The translations under genes were made by a program, and so were the position numbers. A stretch of DNA of 64,000 bases from Octopus vulgaris (Eukaryota). The stretch covers positions 49,848,001 to 49,912,000 of the forward strand of contig OX597824.1 of assembly GCA_951406725.2 (NCBI GenBank). The letters run 5' to 3'. Below are positions 14,625 through 30,811 of this stretch, in pieces; the stretch's first letter is position 1; each line of letters begins with the position of its first letter. A model generated the notes under the pieces. That model had not been told where the DNA came from and searched no databases. It saw only the letters and a program-made list of their open reading frames with translations.

Positions 14625-14778
14625 CTCTATATATCTATCTATCTAGAGAGAGGGAATCTAGTATGAAATAGGGAGAGAAAGAGAGAGGGAAAGATGTAAA
14701 GGTTTAAAAAAAATGAAGAAGTGAAAGAAGTATTAATGATAAAAAAGAAAAAGTGGTTAGAGAGAGAAACGGACAAAG

Positions 14779-14821
<43 letters not shown>

Positions 14822-14898
14822 AGATACAGAGAGATAGAGATAGAAAGAGAGAGAAGTGATAAAATTACACAATGGTATTAGAGGGAACAAGTCTATCC

Positions 14899-14980
<82 letters not shown>
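14305..14980 (+). repeat. Near-identical tandem duplication of about 340 bp bounded by (AG)n/(ATCT)n
   Basis: GAGGGAATCTAGTATG...AGAGGGAACAAGTCTATCC occurs twice and differs mainly in microsatellite lengths. Confidence 0.9.
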
Positions 14981-15828
14981 GATACGCATATTTACACATA
15001 CACAATATATATAGAAACACCAGTATACAGACACACACACGCATACACATACATATAAAATATCTACCTACACATCGTCGGTCGGCCGTACAAATGCTGA
15101 AATATGGCGCGTTTGCATGTTCGTTCATTAAACGTCAAGAGAAGATGGCGGTCGCAGCAAGTCGACAGCGAATCGTTTCAGGAAGCACTCGCACCGGAAG
15201 CGATCTAATGCACTCAGTTGACACTGATGAAGAGAAATACTTAGGCGGCCATTGCTCGAGCGTTGTAGCTGAATTGATATATAACCGTTGTTCATGTGAT
15301 GGTCATTTAAAAGAGCATTACCAAACATCCGGTTTATGTTCTCCCAGTGATTTCGTTCCGGCGAGAAGTGAGGAAGATAATAAGCGCTGGAGGACGTCGT
15401 CGAGGTGTTATATAGAAAGAATGAATACGTCACCTGTATGTATGTATGTATGTATGTATGTATGTATGTATGTATGTATGTATGTATGTATGTATGTATG
15501 TATGTATGTATGTATGTATGTATGTATGTATGTATGTATGTATGTATGTATGTGCGTGTGTATGTATGCATGTACGTGTGTATGTATGCACGTATGTACG
15601 TATATATGAGTGAGTGTATGTATGTATGTATGAATGTAAGTATACATCAATATACGTGTATGTGTTGTATCTATATTAATTTGCACACATACATACACAT
15701 GTATTTGTCTGTATATAGGCATATACGTATAAGCACGTACATCTGCAAGCAAGCATGCATGTATGTGTGTATGTATGTACGTATGTATATCTAGATATAT
15801 ACGCAGGTATATATTTCTGCAAACACAT

Positions 15829-15864
<36 letters not shown>

Positions 15865-16148
15865 GTGTATAGAGGGATGTACGTATATGTCTAGATACAT
15901 GTATGCACACATGCATGTATGTATGTATATATGAATGTATACATGTGCATGTGTGTGTGTATAAATGTATATATAAATGTATGTATATACGTATGCATAT
16001 ATATGATCCCTCTTTCTGTCACAATGATGTGTTCATATGTGCGTGTTTGCGTATGCATTCTTGTTTGTGCAACTGTATGCATGTACTTTTCTTTTGTGTA
16101 TGTTGTGTACAACGATGTATCGGCTGATCACAATAGGGAAAAGAATAA

Positions 16149-16198
<50 letters not shown>

Positions 16199-16312
16199 TA
16201 TATACATACATATATACACTCAGACACATTTATGGATACACACACATACATATTTAAACACATCTATACACAAGTCCCCAAGTACAAATACATATTCATT
16301 TATATATATGAC

Positions 16313-16352
<40 letters not shown>

Positions 16353-16436
16353 TACATATATGCATATATATATATACATTCATACATACATTAATACATA
16401 CATTAATACACACACACACACACACACACACATATG

Positions 16437-16612
16437 AACTCGAAACATCGATGTCTGGCATTCCTCATAGTTGGCGACACTGAACAAATCGGCTGTTATC
16501 ACACCTTTTTATTTTTACCAGAAGAGAGATATTTTCTCCATGATAACTGCAGTGAATTTGCCTTTTAGCAGTTGAAATATGTCACAAACATATTTCAACT
16601 GACCAAATTTTG

Positions 16613-16616
<4 letters not shown>
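16437..16616 (+). mobile_element. Fragment of a repeat family also present at 40354-40862; carries the 3' half of a hammerhead motif
   Basis: GAAA-CATCGATG-TC at 16442-16455. The downstream TAACTGCAGTGAATTTG(C/T)CTTTTA..TTGAAATA segment is shared with the copies near 40425 and 40755. Confidence 0.55.
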
Positions 16617-16671
<55 letters not shown>

Positions 16672-17297
16672 ACATATATACATACATGCATATATATGTG
16701 TGTATGTGTGTGTGTATGAGCGTGCATTAGTTTTATTGTTTGTATCTTTGTACATATATACACGCGTGAACATACATTCACTCGCACATACATGAGTTTC
16801 TCATTGCATGTATACATCTGTATTTGTGTGCATGAAGAATAGTATTTATTTTGCGTTTATCATTATTATTATTAGTGAATGTGTATGTACATCTTTTACC
16901 ACGAAGGAATTCGGAGTTATGTTCATGTATTAGCGCGCGCGCGGGTATTAGTGCGTAAGTTGTGTATTGGAGAGTTGTAGTGTTTGTGAATGTATCGGTT
17001 AATGTCTGCATGGATTTATATGCGAGCGTTTCTATGTGTTTGCGTAAACACGTGTATACTCGATGTACATGTTCAAATGTGCATACGTGTGTAAGTGTAT
17101 GTGTTATGAATATTTATGTATGTGTGTGTGTGTGTGAGTTTGTGGTTGTGTGTGTATGTATTTCTACGGAGTGAGTATTTACAACTTTGTGTGTATGTAT
17201 ATTGTTACAAAATATATAGTTTAATTAGAGCTTGTTATTAACAATAACTCACATTAATACAGAAGGAAAATGTAGTGCTCGTTGTGAGCTATATTCG

Positions 17298-17990
17298 AAA
17301 TAATATTATTATGAAGGCAATCCAGGCGAAGTCTAAAAGAACATGATTGAAATACGTATCCAAAATTTATATAAATACCTATTTTCTATATAAAATGGAA
17401 ATAAAATTCCAAAATACACAAATATATATAAATAGACAATATCAATGCAATGCATAAAATACGATTGAATTTAAGAAAATATCATTTGTAATTACGTTTA
17501 AAATCATTCGTTGTATGATGAAATTAAACTTGAAAGGATTAAATATTAAAGACATATTAAAACCAACGAAAGAAAAAATAAATAAACATCATCTATACGG
17601 GCCGTTTCAGAGATGTGCCAAGGAATATGACATATTTCATATTACTAATCAAGGCACCCCCCTCATCAGGATGTTACACTAAGTTCATAAATACATCGGG
17701 ATGTTACACTAAGTTCATAAATTTTAAATTTCATCATACAATGTACGATTTTAAACGTAATTACAAATAATATTTTCTTAAATTCATTCGTTTTTATTTA
17801 AATTCAATCGCATTTTATGCATTGCGTGTATGTGTGTGTGTATTGATATTGTCTATTTATATATATTTGTGTATTTTGGAATTTTAATTCCATTTTATAG
17901 AGAATATATGTATTTATATAAGTTTTGGATGCGTATTTCAATTGTTTTCTTTTAGACTTCACCTGTGTTGTCTTTATAATAATATTATTT
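17298..17990. mobile_element. Older fold-back element with a hammerhead motif in the loop (Penelope-like derivative)
   Basis: 17298-17530 and 17722-17990 are diverged reverse complements; there is a 30-bp direct repeat at the loop/arm junction. Confidence 0.75.
17590..17675 (-). ncRNA. Type I hammerhead ribozyme motif
   Basis: Minus strand reads AACATC-CTGATGA-GGGGGGTGCC...GGCACATCTCT-GAAA-CGGCCCG-TA-(TA)-GATG. The core is canonical; 2 extra nt precede the stem I 3' strand. Confidence 0.7.
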
Positions 17991-19451
17991 GTATATTGTT
18001 ACATACATACCAAGTGTATATTTTTTCTGGTATGAGGTGATGTTGGGCCTAACGCATCGGAGGAATGACACATCGTAGGAAGTAAAATGTAATGAAGTGA
18101 GTTGGAAGGATCTACTTATATAATTATGTTCGTATTTACCATTTTGGCTGAATTCATGCCAGAGAATTTCCAGCAATGCCAGAAATATATATAGGTATAA
18201 GGGTATATCTATATACCCATATACAGATCTTTAACATACATCTCATGTTTTTTTCTGAGAAAGCTCTCTATTCGGAACGTTAATCTTATATGACAAAAAT
18301 GAAGCTGATCTACGTCTGTCTGTTACTCACAACATATATTAGGAGGCAGAAGGAGAGGAGGGAGAGAGAGGGAGAGAGAGAAAGAGGGAAAAAGAGAGAG
18401 AGGGAGAGAATGAGAATGAGGGCAAGAGAGAGAGAGAGAGAGAGAGAGAGAGTGCGCGTGCGCACGTGCGTGCGTGAAAGATAGATAGATAGGTAGTTTT
18501 GTCACCATAATAACTAACAAGTTTTGATTAAAAACGCATGTATTTTAAATGCAAGTCTGTCAACACAACGCAACACACTAAAAAAAAAACAGTTCAGAAA
18601 GATGTGGAATGTATCTCTCTGATCCAGTGCTCATACACAGAGAATTTTATTTTGCTAACAGTAGAGTGGGATACATTGAAAACAAGCGTATGTACGCAGA
18701 CTAAACACAACTCAGCAGCACAATCAAGAAGAGACAAAATGCTTGAAAAATAACTTTGACAAGGAATGCTGTTTATCACGATGTTATCTTATCAGATATT
18801 CTTCTATGAATATACATATTCTGTTGAATATTCTGTAGAATATAAAGAAAAAAGTACGTTTTAGCATTGTCGTTCTAGCTTTTTTTTTAAACAATCACAT
18901 GTAATTCGTCCCAAAGAATCAACCTTGAAATAAGAGTTCCACTAGCGAAAGCTCTACGTATTTTTCAGAACGCTCCATACCTATTTGACTTTATGCAGCA
19001 TTTGCTGTTAGTTTATGCGCAGGCTATGTGAGAAGACAGAATAAAGGGGATTTCGTTAGCTTATCTCTCCCTTTGCTGTTGAAAAAAACACTCGCAGAGG
19101 AGAAGTCTCAACGTCTTCCTTAAATTTTCTTACACCATATATGTGGCAGTTTCTGACAAGAAATTTCGCTTTCATGTAAAACAACTATATTTTGTGTAGT
19201 CATTATCTGTAATCTACTCGCAAGCCACTTCAGTAGCTCTACTTTGCATCGCTTGCAAATTTATATGTTCTTTGATCATTAAAGTGCAATAACCAGCCCT
19301 CAGTTTGATTTTCCGTTCCTAGGTTAATCGGAAACATAGATTGCTGTGCTACTCATAAGCCTTTTCGGTAGTTCAATTATTTGGTGAAAAAAATACTCCA
19401 AAGCAAGTTAAATCGTCCAAAGGGCAGGTGAGTTTGCTAGTAAGGATAATA

Positions 19452-19665
19452 ATCCTTTCTACTATAAGCACAAGGCCTGTAATTTGTGAGAAGGGGGTAA
19501 GTCGATCACATCAACCCCAGTACTTTACTGGTACTTAATTTATCGTCATCGAAAAAATGAAAGGCAAAGTCGACCTCAGCGGAATTTGAACTTAGAACGT
19601 ATAGACGGACGAAATGCCGCTAAGACATTTTATCCTGCGTGCTAACGGTTTGCCAGCTCACCACC

Positions 19666-19739
<74 letters not shown>

Positions 19740-19940
19740 CCTTTCTACTGGAGGCACAAGGCCTCAAATTTGTGGGGTGGGGACTAGTCGACTATACCAA
19801 CTCAGTGTTTTATTCTACTTAATTTATCGACCCCGAAAGGATGAAAGGCAAAGTCGGCCTCGGCGGAATTTGAACTCCGAACATAGGGACGGGTGAAATA
19901 CCTCTAGGCATTTCGTCCAGCGCGTTAACGATTCTGCAAT
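19452..19940 (-). mobile_element. Two tandem SINE family A copies separated by (AAT)n
   Basis: Reverse complement of the family A head, core and tail at about 19452-19668 and 19737-19940. Confidence 0.85.
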
Positions 19941-20728
19941 GATGATAATAATAATAATTTCGTACACCGTCACAAGGTCAGAAATATGGGTTATTCCAAT
20001 AAATCGACTCCAGTACTTGATAAATATGTAGCAGGGATATTTAACAATCAAACCCGCATCACTATATCTGATGTAAAAAAACAAACAAACCCAAACAACA
20101 AAAGAAGAAACACCCAAGAATACGATCGCTATTTGCTAGATTATTATCAACGTCATCAGAAAATCTGGCCGTTCAATACTTCGTGTGGAACCGGATCTAA
20201 CAACAATTTCATCTTTGACGCACTGTTTCTGAGCTAGAACACCACTATTATTTATTCAGTGCGGACGGTGGACATCAGACCAGCCTCAGAAGACGGTAGC
20301 AGAAGCAGCAGCTGACCCGAGCGCTGTCTGTGACGACACAAAAACAATGAACGAACGGTGACAGCAACACAATGACAACTATTACTGTCACCACCTTCTA
20401 TCTCGGTGTTTGTCGTTCGTAGTCACGATACTTTCTTGTTTACGATAAAAATATATATCTTTTATGTAAATAATCTCAAATAGATTTCAGTGTTCTTTAT
20501 CGTAACAGATACATCATAAGCACACCTAATCAGTGATAGGCAAAAACTGATCAAATTTTTTTTATTCCATAACATTTTTTATAAATTTACTAATAGGTAA
20601 TACTCACTATTTATAAATACATAAGTACACACACGAACATATACACTTACGCGCTCGCACAAACGCACGCACACGCACACGCACACGCACACAAGTACAT
20701 TTCAAATAGTTAGTGAAGAGCATATATT

Positions 20729-21714
<986 letters not shown>

Positions 21715-22120
21715 GCTCCACGAGGCTCCGGCAGGGGATGGTGGTGATCCCTGCTGTACTCTTTCACCACAACTTTCTCTCACTCTTATTTCCTGTTTCT
21801 GTTGTACCTGTATTTCAAAGGGCCGGCCTTGTCACTCTCTGTGTCACACTGAATATCCCCGAGAACTACGTTAAGGGTACACGTGTCTGTGAGTGCTCAG
21901 CCACTTACACGTTAATTTCACGAGCAGGCTGTTCCGTTGATTCGGATCAACCGGAACCCTCGTCGTCGTAACCGACGGAGTGCTTCCCCCATATAATAGA
22001 TGTAGGCGTGACTGTAAAATGTTTCCTTCTCATTGTTCTGGGTTCAGTCTTACTGCGTGGCACCTTGGGCAAATGTCGGATACCGACCGACCGACCAAAG
22101 ACTTGTGAGTAAATCTGGTA

Positions 22121-22450
22121 GTGGTTACAGCGTCGGGCTCAGAATCATGAGGAAGTGAGTTTGATTCCCAGACCGGGCTGTGTATTGTGTTCTTGAGCAA
22201 GACACTTAATTCCACGTTGCTCCACTTCACTCAGCTGTAGAAATGAGTTTCGACGTCACTGATGGCAAGCTGTATCGACCTTTGCCTTTCCTTTGGATAA
22301 CATTGGTAGCGTGGAGAGGGGAGGCTGGGATGCATGGGCGACTGTTGGTCTTTCATAAACAATTTTGCTCGGACTTGTGCCTAGGAGAGTAACTTTCTTG
22401 GTGCAATTCCATGGTCATTCATGACCAAAGGAGGTATTTACCCTTTACCC
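22121..22450 (+). mobile_element. tRNA-derived CORE-like SINE family D
   Basis: GTGGTTACAGCG..GAGTTTGATTCCC..TTCTTGAGCAAGACACTT..CACTCAGCTGTAGAAATGAGT. Related fragments lie near 56030-56130 and 57270-57530. Confidence 0.75.
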
Positions 22451-22489
22451 TCATATGTACACACACACACACAGACACACAGACACACA

Positions 22490-22547
<58 letters not shown>

Positions 22548-23296
22548 GGAACGATGGAGTACCAAACTTAAAAAATAATTCAATCGACTAGAACCCTTCA
22601 AAATGGTGCCCCAACATGGCTGCATTCTAATAATTGGAACAAAAAAAAAAGAAGTAAAGGAGATACTATATATATTTACGGAGTTGATGCATTATATAGC
22701 ATGAATGACCAAAGCACGAATTGTATATTTCTTGATACATACTGGATGTTATCAAACAGATGACCAAATTACATATTTAACAACTCTACACTATACATAT
22801 CGAGATTGTGTGTACCCAGCCTCCACCCCCAACTATCTCTCTCCCTTTCCTTCTCCATCCTTCTAGCATTCCAAATTTTTCCATTCGCACTCCCCTCACA
22901 GTTTAATCTCATTGTTGTCTATATATAACCTAGTATCTCACTAAACAATTTCCTTTTTACACCAAACTAGCAATGTAAACCGCCGTCGTAAATTTGATAT
23001 TGTTTTTATTGTTTCTATTTCGTTTTTCAGTTGCTCTCTTATACTTTTACCTTTCTTTGATAACGTGCATAATCCAAAACAAACTTTTATGTCTTCTGTT
23101 AGTTTCATTTGACGTCTTTAATATCATTCTGTTTTATTGTTTCTTTGCATATTACTACACTTTTCCAACAAGGGCTTTACGTGTCTAAGATCATATATCA
23201 TTTATTGTTTGTTCCTTTCTTACCTCATAATCTTCCTCGCTTTTTCTTGTGTCTCATGCAATACACACACACACATGTATATATATATATAGATAG

Positions 23297-23328
<32 letters not shown>

Positions 23329-23476
23329 TATGCATTATATATTAAACACACACACACACAAACACACACATACACACACATATATACACGCACATACAAG
23401 TATGCATGATTTAAAGTACTAAGAATTGTATGTACCGTAACACAGAAGTGTTAACATACTGTTACGCGCTTCAAGC

Positions 23477-23558
<82 letters not shown>

Positions 23559-23983
23559 GTCTATCTATCTATCTATCAATCTATCTATCTATCTATCTAT
23601 CTATCTACCTATCTATCTATCTATCTATCTGTTATAGACAAACATGCATATATATACTTCCATATATACATACGGACGTGTGTGTTCGTGTGTGTGTGCG
23701 CGCGCGCGCGTGTGTGTGCCTGTAAGTGTGTGCGTTTCCAAACCAAAGAACTGATGAGGAGCTACGTGACAAGTCTTCTATTACTGAAATGTACACAAAA
23801 AATATAGTGTACATATAAATCACATTAAACATAGGCAGAAACATATTCCTTCAGTCAAACATACGAATAAATATATGTAGACATTAATTTTTACATACGA
23901 AACAGCACTTATTTAGACACATACATATATATAGCTATATAGTTAATCATATACAGGCACACATATAAACGGCCATACACTCA

Positions 23984-24034
<51 letters not shown>

Positions 24035-24169
24035 GTATATATATATATATGTATATGTATGTGTACATGTATATCTATATTTTTATGTATATGTGTGTAT
24101 ATATACATATATGTATATATGTATGTATATATATATATTTACATATATATACATATATAATACACAGAC

Positions 24170-24218
<49 letters not shown>

Positions 24219-24877
24219 CAGATATATATATATGTGCATGTGTGTGTGTGCGTGTGTGTGTATACACAAACACGCACATATATGCCTGTAGGTATATGCG
24301 TGTGAAGTCCGAAATACTGCGTTTGTTACTCTGAATCATTGGCTACATGTATGATGTAATATGTATATGGATATATGTATATATGTACGTATATATATAT
24401 ATATATGAATTTATGTATATATATATATATATATAAGTATTCAAATATATGTATTTCAATATTTTAGTGTCAAATATATTTTTGTAAGATAACCTATTTA
24501 CATAGTACACGAACACATAAACAATAGAATGCCCACCATAATAAAACATAATTCTCACTTTTACTTCAATCCAAGTCTTATGACGCTGTTATATTTGATG
24601 TTAGAGGAAATGTCAGCTAGAACGGTAAATTTGATCATCTCTATCGGATTTTTTTAATTCATTTTCTCAGGAACACGATGTTAGAAATACGTTCATATTA
24701 TTGATGCAAGTAAATATACATATATACATAAAGATGGATATACAAAAACGGGTGTACACGCAAACACACACTTATTTTGATATCGTCGAGTAATATATTG
24801 TTTGTTATGGCATATAACTGATCAGAATGTTACCGTCGGTTTCGCACCGATTATTGCACTTGGAAATATTGACAAGT

Positions 24878-24948
<71 letters not shown>

Positions 24949-24949
24949 T

Positions 24950-25398
24950 CAAACAATTTTGCTATTAAACTTCAAAAGAAAAAAAAAACACCTGAAACTG
25001 CTCGTGATATCAACAAAACGTTTGGTGAGGAAATGACCAGTTAGTGTCAGCTCGAAAATGGTTTAAACGATTTCGATGTGGAGACCTGAGCCTTGAAGAT
25101 CGTGAGCGTAGTAGACGCCCATCTATTATCGATGACGGTCAATTAAAGACCGTCATCGAGAAAGATCCACGTAAAGCCACTAGAGAACTAGCAAAAGAAC
25201 TTTAAGTTAGCCAGAACACTGCCTTCAACCATTTGCATGTGATAGGAAAATCAAAAAAGCTCGACAAATGGGTGCCACATGATTTGAATGAAAATCAGAA
25301 AATGCGCAGATATGGAATTTACTCGTCGCTTTTTCTCCATAACCAGACCGATCCATTTCTCGACCGTATTGTAACTTGCCATGAAAAGTGGATTCTGT

Positions 25399-25444
<46 letters not shown>

Positions 25445-26075
25445 TAATAATAATAATAATAAAAAAAGGTTCTTCGCAGTGGTTGAACCAAAATAAAGCA
25501 CCGAAAACCTTCCCTATACCTGTGCTCTTCAAACAGAAGGTTATGGTGACTGCTTGGTGGTGTACTGCTGAACTTATCCACTATAACTTAAAACTCGGAA
25601 AAAACCATTACTGCAGAAACATATTGCCATGAAATTGTCAAAATGAACGAAAAACTGCTACTCCTCCGTCTCAGCCTGGTCAACAGAAGAGAGCCAATCA
25701 TTCTTCGTGACAATGCTCGACCATATGTTTCACTAATGACGTTCTAGAAGTTGAGGGAACTTGGGTACGAAGTTCTTCCCCATCCAGCTTATTCCCCAGG
25801 CTTTTCTCCTACATTTTCAATCATCTTGATGGTTTCCTGCGAGAGAAAGAGTTAAAAAATCAAACCGATGATGAAAGTGTGTTCAAAGAATTCATCAACT
25901 CCAGAACTCCAGTTTTTCATGTTACCGGAATAAACAAACTTGTAATTCGTTGGCAAAAATGTGTTGATTGTTATGGTGCTTACTTTGATGAATAAAATTT
26001 CCGCATTGTTGAAATATATTGTTATGAATTTCGTGTTTCAAAACATTGGTTACTTTCTACTCAGTCTGATAATAT
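24950..26075 (+). pseudogene. Mariner (Mos1/SETMAR-like) transposase pseudogene with right terminus
   Basis: KWFKRFRCGDLSLED, LDKWVPHDLNENQK, FLDRIVTCHEKWI, IILRDNARPYVS, GYEVLPHPAYSP, GINKLVIRWQKCVD, with stops and frameshifts and an internal (AAT)n expansion. Confidence 0.93.
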
Positions 26076-26418
26076 GTAATATTCTCTGGCTACAAGAAAA
26101 ATACCATTCCAGAGCAGCTTTTAAATGGACACCACCGGAAGGGAAAAGCGAGCAAGACCGAAAACTTCATGCTGTAGAATATTTATAAACGACATGAAAG
26201 AGGCCAATTTCTCATAGCCGGGTTTAGAGAAAATTGCAAGAGAAATCTTTGGTGTGAATTTGCTCAGTATAGGAGGCAATGACATTGATACATAAATACA
26301 TACATACATACATACATACATACATACATACATACGTACATACATACATACATACATACATACATACACACATACATAAATACATACATGCATATATATT
26401 ATATATATACATATTCTC

Positions 26419-26632
26419 TTATTCTTTTACTTGTTTCAGTCATTTGACTGCAGCCAAGCTGGAGCACCGCCTTAAAGGGTTTTAGTCGAAGAAACTGAAC
26501 CCAGGACTTATTCTTTGTAAGTGTAGTACTTATTATATCAGTCTTTTACCGACCCACTAAATTACGGGGACATAAACACATCAACAAAGATTGTCAAGCG
26601 ATGGCAGGGGACAAACACAGACACACACACAT
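26419..26632 (-). mobile_element. SINE family B, 3' half
   Basis: Reverse complement of ...GGCGGTGCTCCAGC..GCAGTCAAATGACTGAAACAAGTAAAAG. Confidence 0.85.
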
Positions 26633-26639
26633 AAGTTTA

Positions 26640-26678
<39 letters not shown>

Positions 26679-26989
26679 GAAGGTTTGAAAATGCAATTTT
26701 AAAAGATGTTTATTTACTTTACTGGTTTCACTTTTTAGAAAAAGATTGTCAAAAGTAACATGTAAAAGCTTGGTTGTGTTAGTTACTGGTCGTAACAAAA
26801 TACTGCATGCATTCTTTGATAACAAGGACATGTTAAGAACAGTTTGCAAGGGAAAATCTTGGGAAAATATTTAAAAGTTTAAGTTCATCAAAATATTGGG
26901 CACAAAAGTTTGGTTGTGCCAGGTACTGGTTGTCACAAAATATTACAATATACATATACCTTCCTTGATAATAAGGAATATATATGTTG

Positions 26990-28040
26990 TAATACATTGT
27001 ACGAAAATGAGACACTTGAACATCTCAGGTGTAAGTTCTTTGAGTTTAAAACTTTCACATATCCTGGTGACAGTTCCTGCGTATGTGATAAAATCATCAT
27101 TCTCTTTTTCCGTGATATTCCAACACTCTATTCTAACGTTAAATAGAGAAGTTTTAACACCAAATATATTAGACAGTAATTCTATTGTTTCAAGGCGGCG
27201 AGCTGGCAGAAACGTTAGCACGCCGGGCGAAATGCGTAGCCGTATTTCGTCTGCCGTTACGTTCTGAGTTCAAATTCCGCCGAGGTCGACTTTGCCTTTC
27301 ATCCTTTCGGGGTCGATAAATTAAGTACCAGTTGTGTACTGGGGTCGATCTAATCGACTGGGCAATATGCAATTACAGTAACCTTCATGCTCTAATGGAG
27401 GTAATTTTCGCAATAACAATCTCACTTTTTGTTCGTCCGACCATGATTTGCAATCTTGCTTAAAAATCTCCTCGTACCTCTCTCTTGTAGTACGATGCAA
27501 AAGTTATACCCTCCTCTGGGTTATAACTGAATTCTTTAATCGAATTCGAAACGCCGTCTGGCGAAAACGAACTTACCTCATTTCTGGACTTCTTTGAATA
27601 TAGCTCCAATAATTGTTGTTGTTGTAGTTGTTGCTATAATAGTTGCTTCTGCAATTCCTGTTGCTGCTCTTGTTGTTGCTTTTGTAACTGTACTATGGAA
27701 GCTAATACGTCCTCCATTATTTAAGAAGTATCACAAACAAATTGTTAAATAACCTACGTGAGCTTCGAAATCCTCGTCGCCAGATGTTGTAGCGTAGTTT
27801 GTTACGTACAATAAATAAGATAACCAGTCAACAGTAAAAACAATGTAACGAACTAACAAATCTCTTCACGAACCAACAATCAATATTCCTTGCGAACTAT
27901 ACCTTCCGACTTCACTGCGAACTAACATGAACTTCACACGACTCCGAACTTCGAGCTTTGAACTCACTCAGATCGTTCCTATTTATTCCTTACTCGGACC
28001 AGTCTATCTCTCGCAAGGGGGCGTCGTAACTTTTATCACA
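26990..28040 (-). mobile_element. Ty3/Gypsy LTR retrotransposon 5' remnant: LTR, PBS and gag
   Basis: The LTR ends ..ACAACA at 27785, followed by 2 nt and the PBS TGGCGACGAGGAT (27770-27782), complementary to a tRNA-Ser(GCU)-type 3' end. The ATG at 27717 begins MEDVLASIVQLQKQQQ..IKEFSYNPEEGITF..YEEIFKQDCKSWSDEQKVRLLLRKL..TIELLSNIFGVKTSLFNVR..FKCLIFVQ. The LTR outer edge is a guess. Confidence 0.85.
27192..27361 (+). mobile_element. SINE family A inserted into gag, 3' tail deleted
   Basis: Nearly identical to 3568-3735. Confidence 0.92.
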
Positions 28041-28124
28041 AGACTTTTATAGAGCAGATATTTATTATTCTTATTCAAGAATGTTGTTGATAGTGACTGT
28101 GAAGTTTCAGCCAGCGATGCCATC

Positions 28125-28217
<93 letters not shown>

Positions 28218-28937
28218 GCTGTCTGCTTGCCTGCTTGTTTGCCTGTCTATATGTCTATCCCTGTGTGTGGTGTGTGTGGGGGTGGGTGGGGGGTGGGGGG
28301 GTGGGGGGGTATGTGTATGTGTGTGTGTGTGTGTGTGTGTTCTTCTGTCTGTCAATAATTGTGACTGAAACTGGGATTTTGTCAAGGTTATTAGTTTGAA
28401 TCTCATCTTTAGCAGCCATTATCTTTGCAGGGCCTCTTTCTTTGTTTTAAGGAAGAAGAAACAGTACGCTGGTTGTCGCAGTGAGAAAACAGCATCGTAA
28501 TATCTATTTATCACTTCACTGCAGACCTGGTCTGAATTCTTGCAATAGAAACGTAACCCTTTGTCCCTTGGGAGTCCTCTAGCAGTTCCTATGGACCAGG
28601 ATATGGCGTTGCTATTTGCTAACGGATTACGTCAACCGTCTTACAACACCGAGTCCAACTCTGCTACGTACAGATTACTGCGTATTCATTTGAGATCAAC
28701 TTCTTATCGTTGTTCTATGTTTAACGTGTGTAACAATAGATTTATATATTTTTCAGGCATCGATTTTAGCAGCGAATCTGTGCAAATAGACTAGCTTATC
28801 GATCATTGACCTAATGATATTTATCTTTGACAAGATATGTCTTCATAGAGAATAATTTAGACTACAAACTAAATAAAATCTTGAACATAAAATCTGTACA
28901 TCGTTATACACAAATACATACACATACAAACACATAC

Positions 28938-29049
<112 letters not shown>

Positions 29050-30264
29050 GTATATACATGCATACACACACATACACACACATACGTACACACATACATA
29101 TATACGCACACACATACATACATACGAACATACGTACATACATTAATGATAAACGTGATCTTTATATTCCCTAAACTAATATCATTGATATTCTGATAAA
29201 TTTTACTGATAAATTCTTCTCGTGGTTTTGTATGTTTTTCTTTTTGCTCCTTTTGCTTTCTTTCTCCTCCTCTGTGAATCAAAATTGAAAAGCCAACATT
29301 TTAACCTCTATTATTTATGCCTTATTTTATTATTATTTTTGCTTTTGTTGTTTTTTGCTTTTCCTATTGTTGCTATTTAGGGGAGATTTACAATTACAAT
29401 GGCTGATGTCAGACGAATGCTTCATTTCACTAAAAAAAGACTTTCTTTATTGTTTGAAAAAGAAAATAAGCAAAAAGGAAATACAGCAAAACAGATAATA
29501 AACAAAATAATATAATACCATAAAACAAAGTCAAATGAAAACCACCGAAGAATGTGTGTGTGCGTGTGTGCGTGTATGTGTGTATATACATATGTACATA
29601 TAAGTATATATAAATGTAATGTATATATATGTGTGTTTTTATATATAATGTGTGTGTGTGTTTGTGTTTGTGTGTTTGTGTGTGTGTGCGTGTGTGTGTA
29701 TGTGTGTGTATGAAAGAAATGCGATAAATGATAAACGCTTCTTGAAGTCAAAATGGCCGCCGACTTAATGTATTTATTGAACGGAGGAGGTTAGAGCAAC
29801 TACCATTAACACCTACTCGAAAACATCTATAACTGACATTGACCAAATCGGTCCTGTGTGACAAGATGTCAACCGATGTCAATAGAGAGCATATTATGGA
29901 CAAACACACGCGCTCGTGCATACACGAACACACACACAAAGACACATGCATACACATGTGCACGGACTCATATATATACATATACTTGAGGACAAATTCG
30001 TATGGACAATCATCATCCACTATTGACGAGCTATCTATGATTACACACACACACACACATGCATATTATTATATACTTTATATATGTGTATATGAATAAA
30101 TGTATATATATATATATATATGTATGTATGTGTGTGAATATATACGCATGTGAGTGTATATCTGTTGGTGTATATATGTATATTTACAGACATAACAGTA
30201 TGTATACCTTTATATACAGTTGTGTTTGCGTGTTTGTGTGGCTGTGTGGCTATATATTTATACA

Positions 30265-30811
<547 letters not shown>

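Noticed and set aside
15220-15245. CTGATGA..GAAA resembling a hammerhead core
   Set aside because: No stem II, stem III or stem I pairing is possible.
23747-23780. AGAA-CTGATGA...GTC-TTCT resembling a hammerhead
   Set aside because: It lacks the GAAA segment and stem III.
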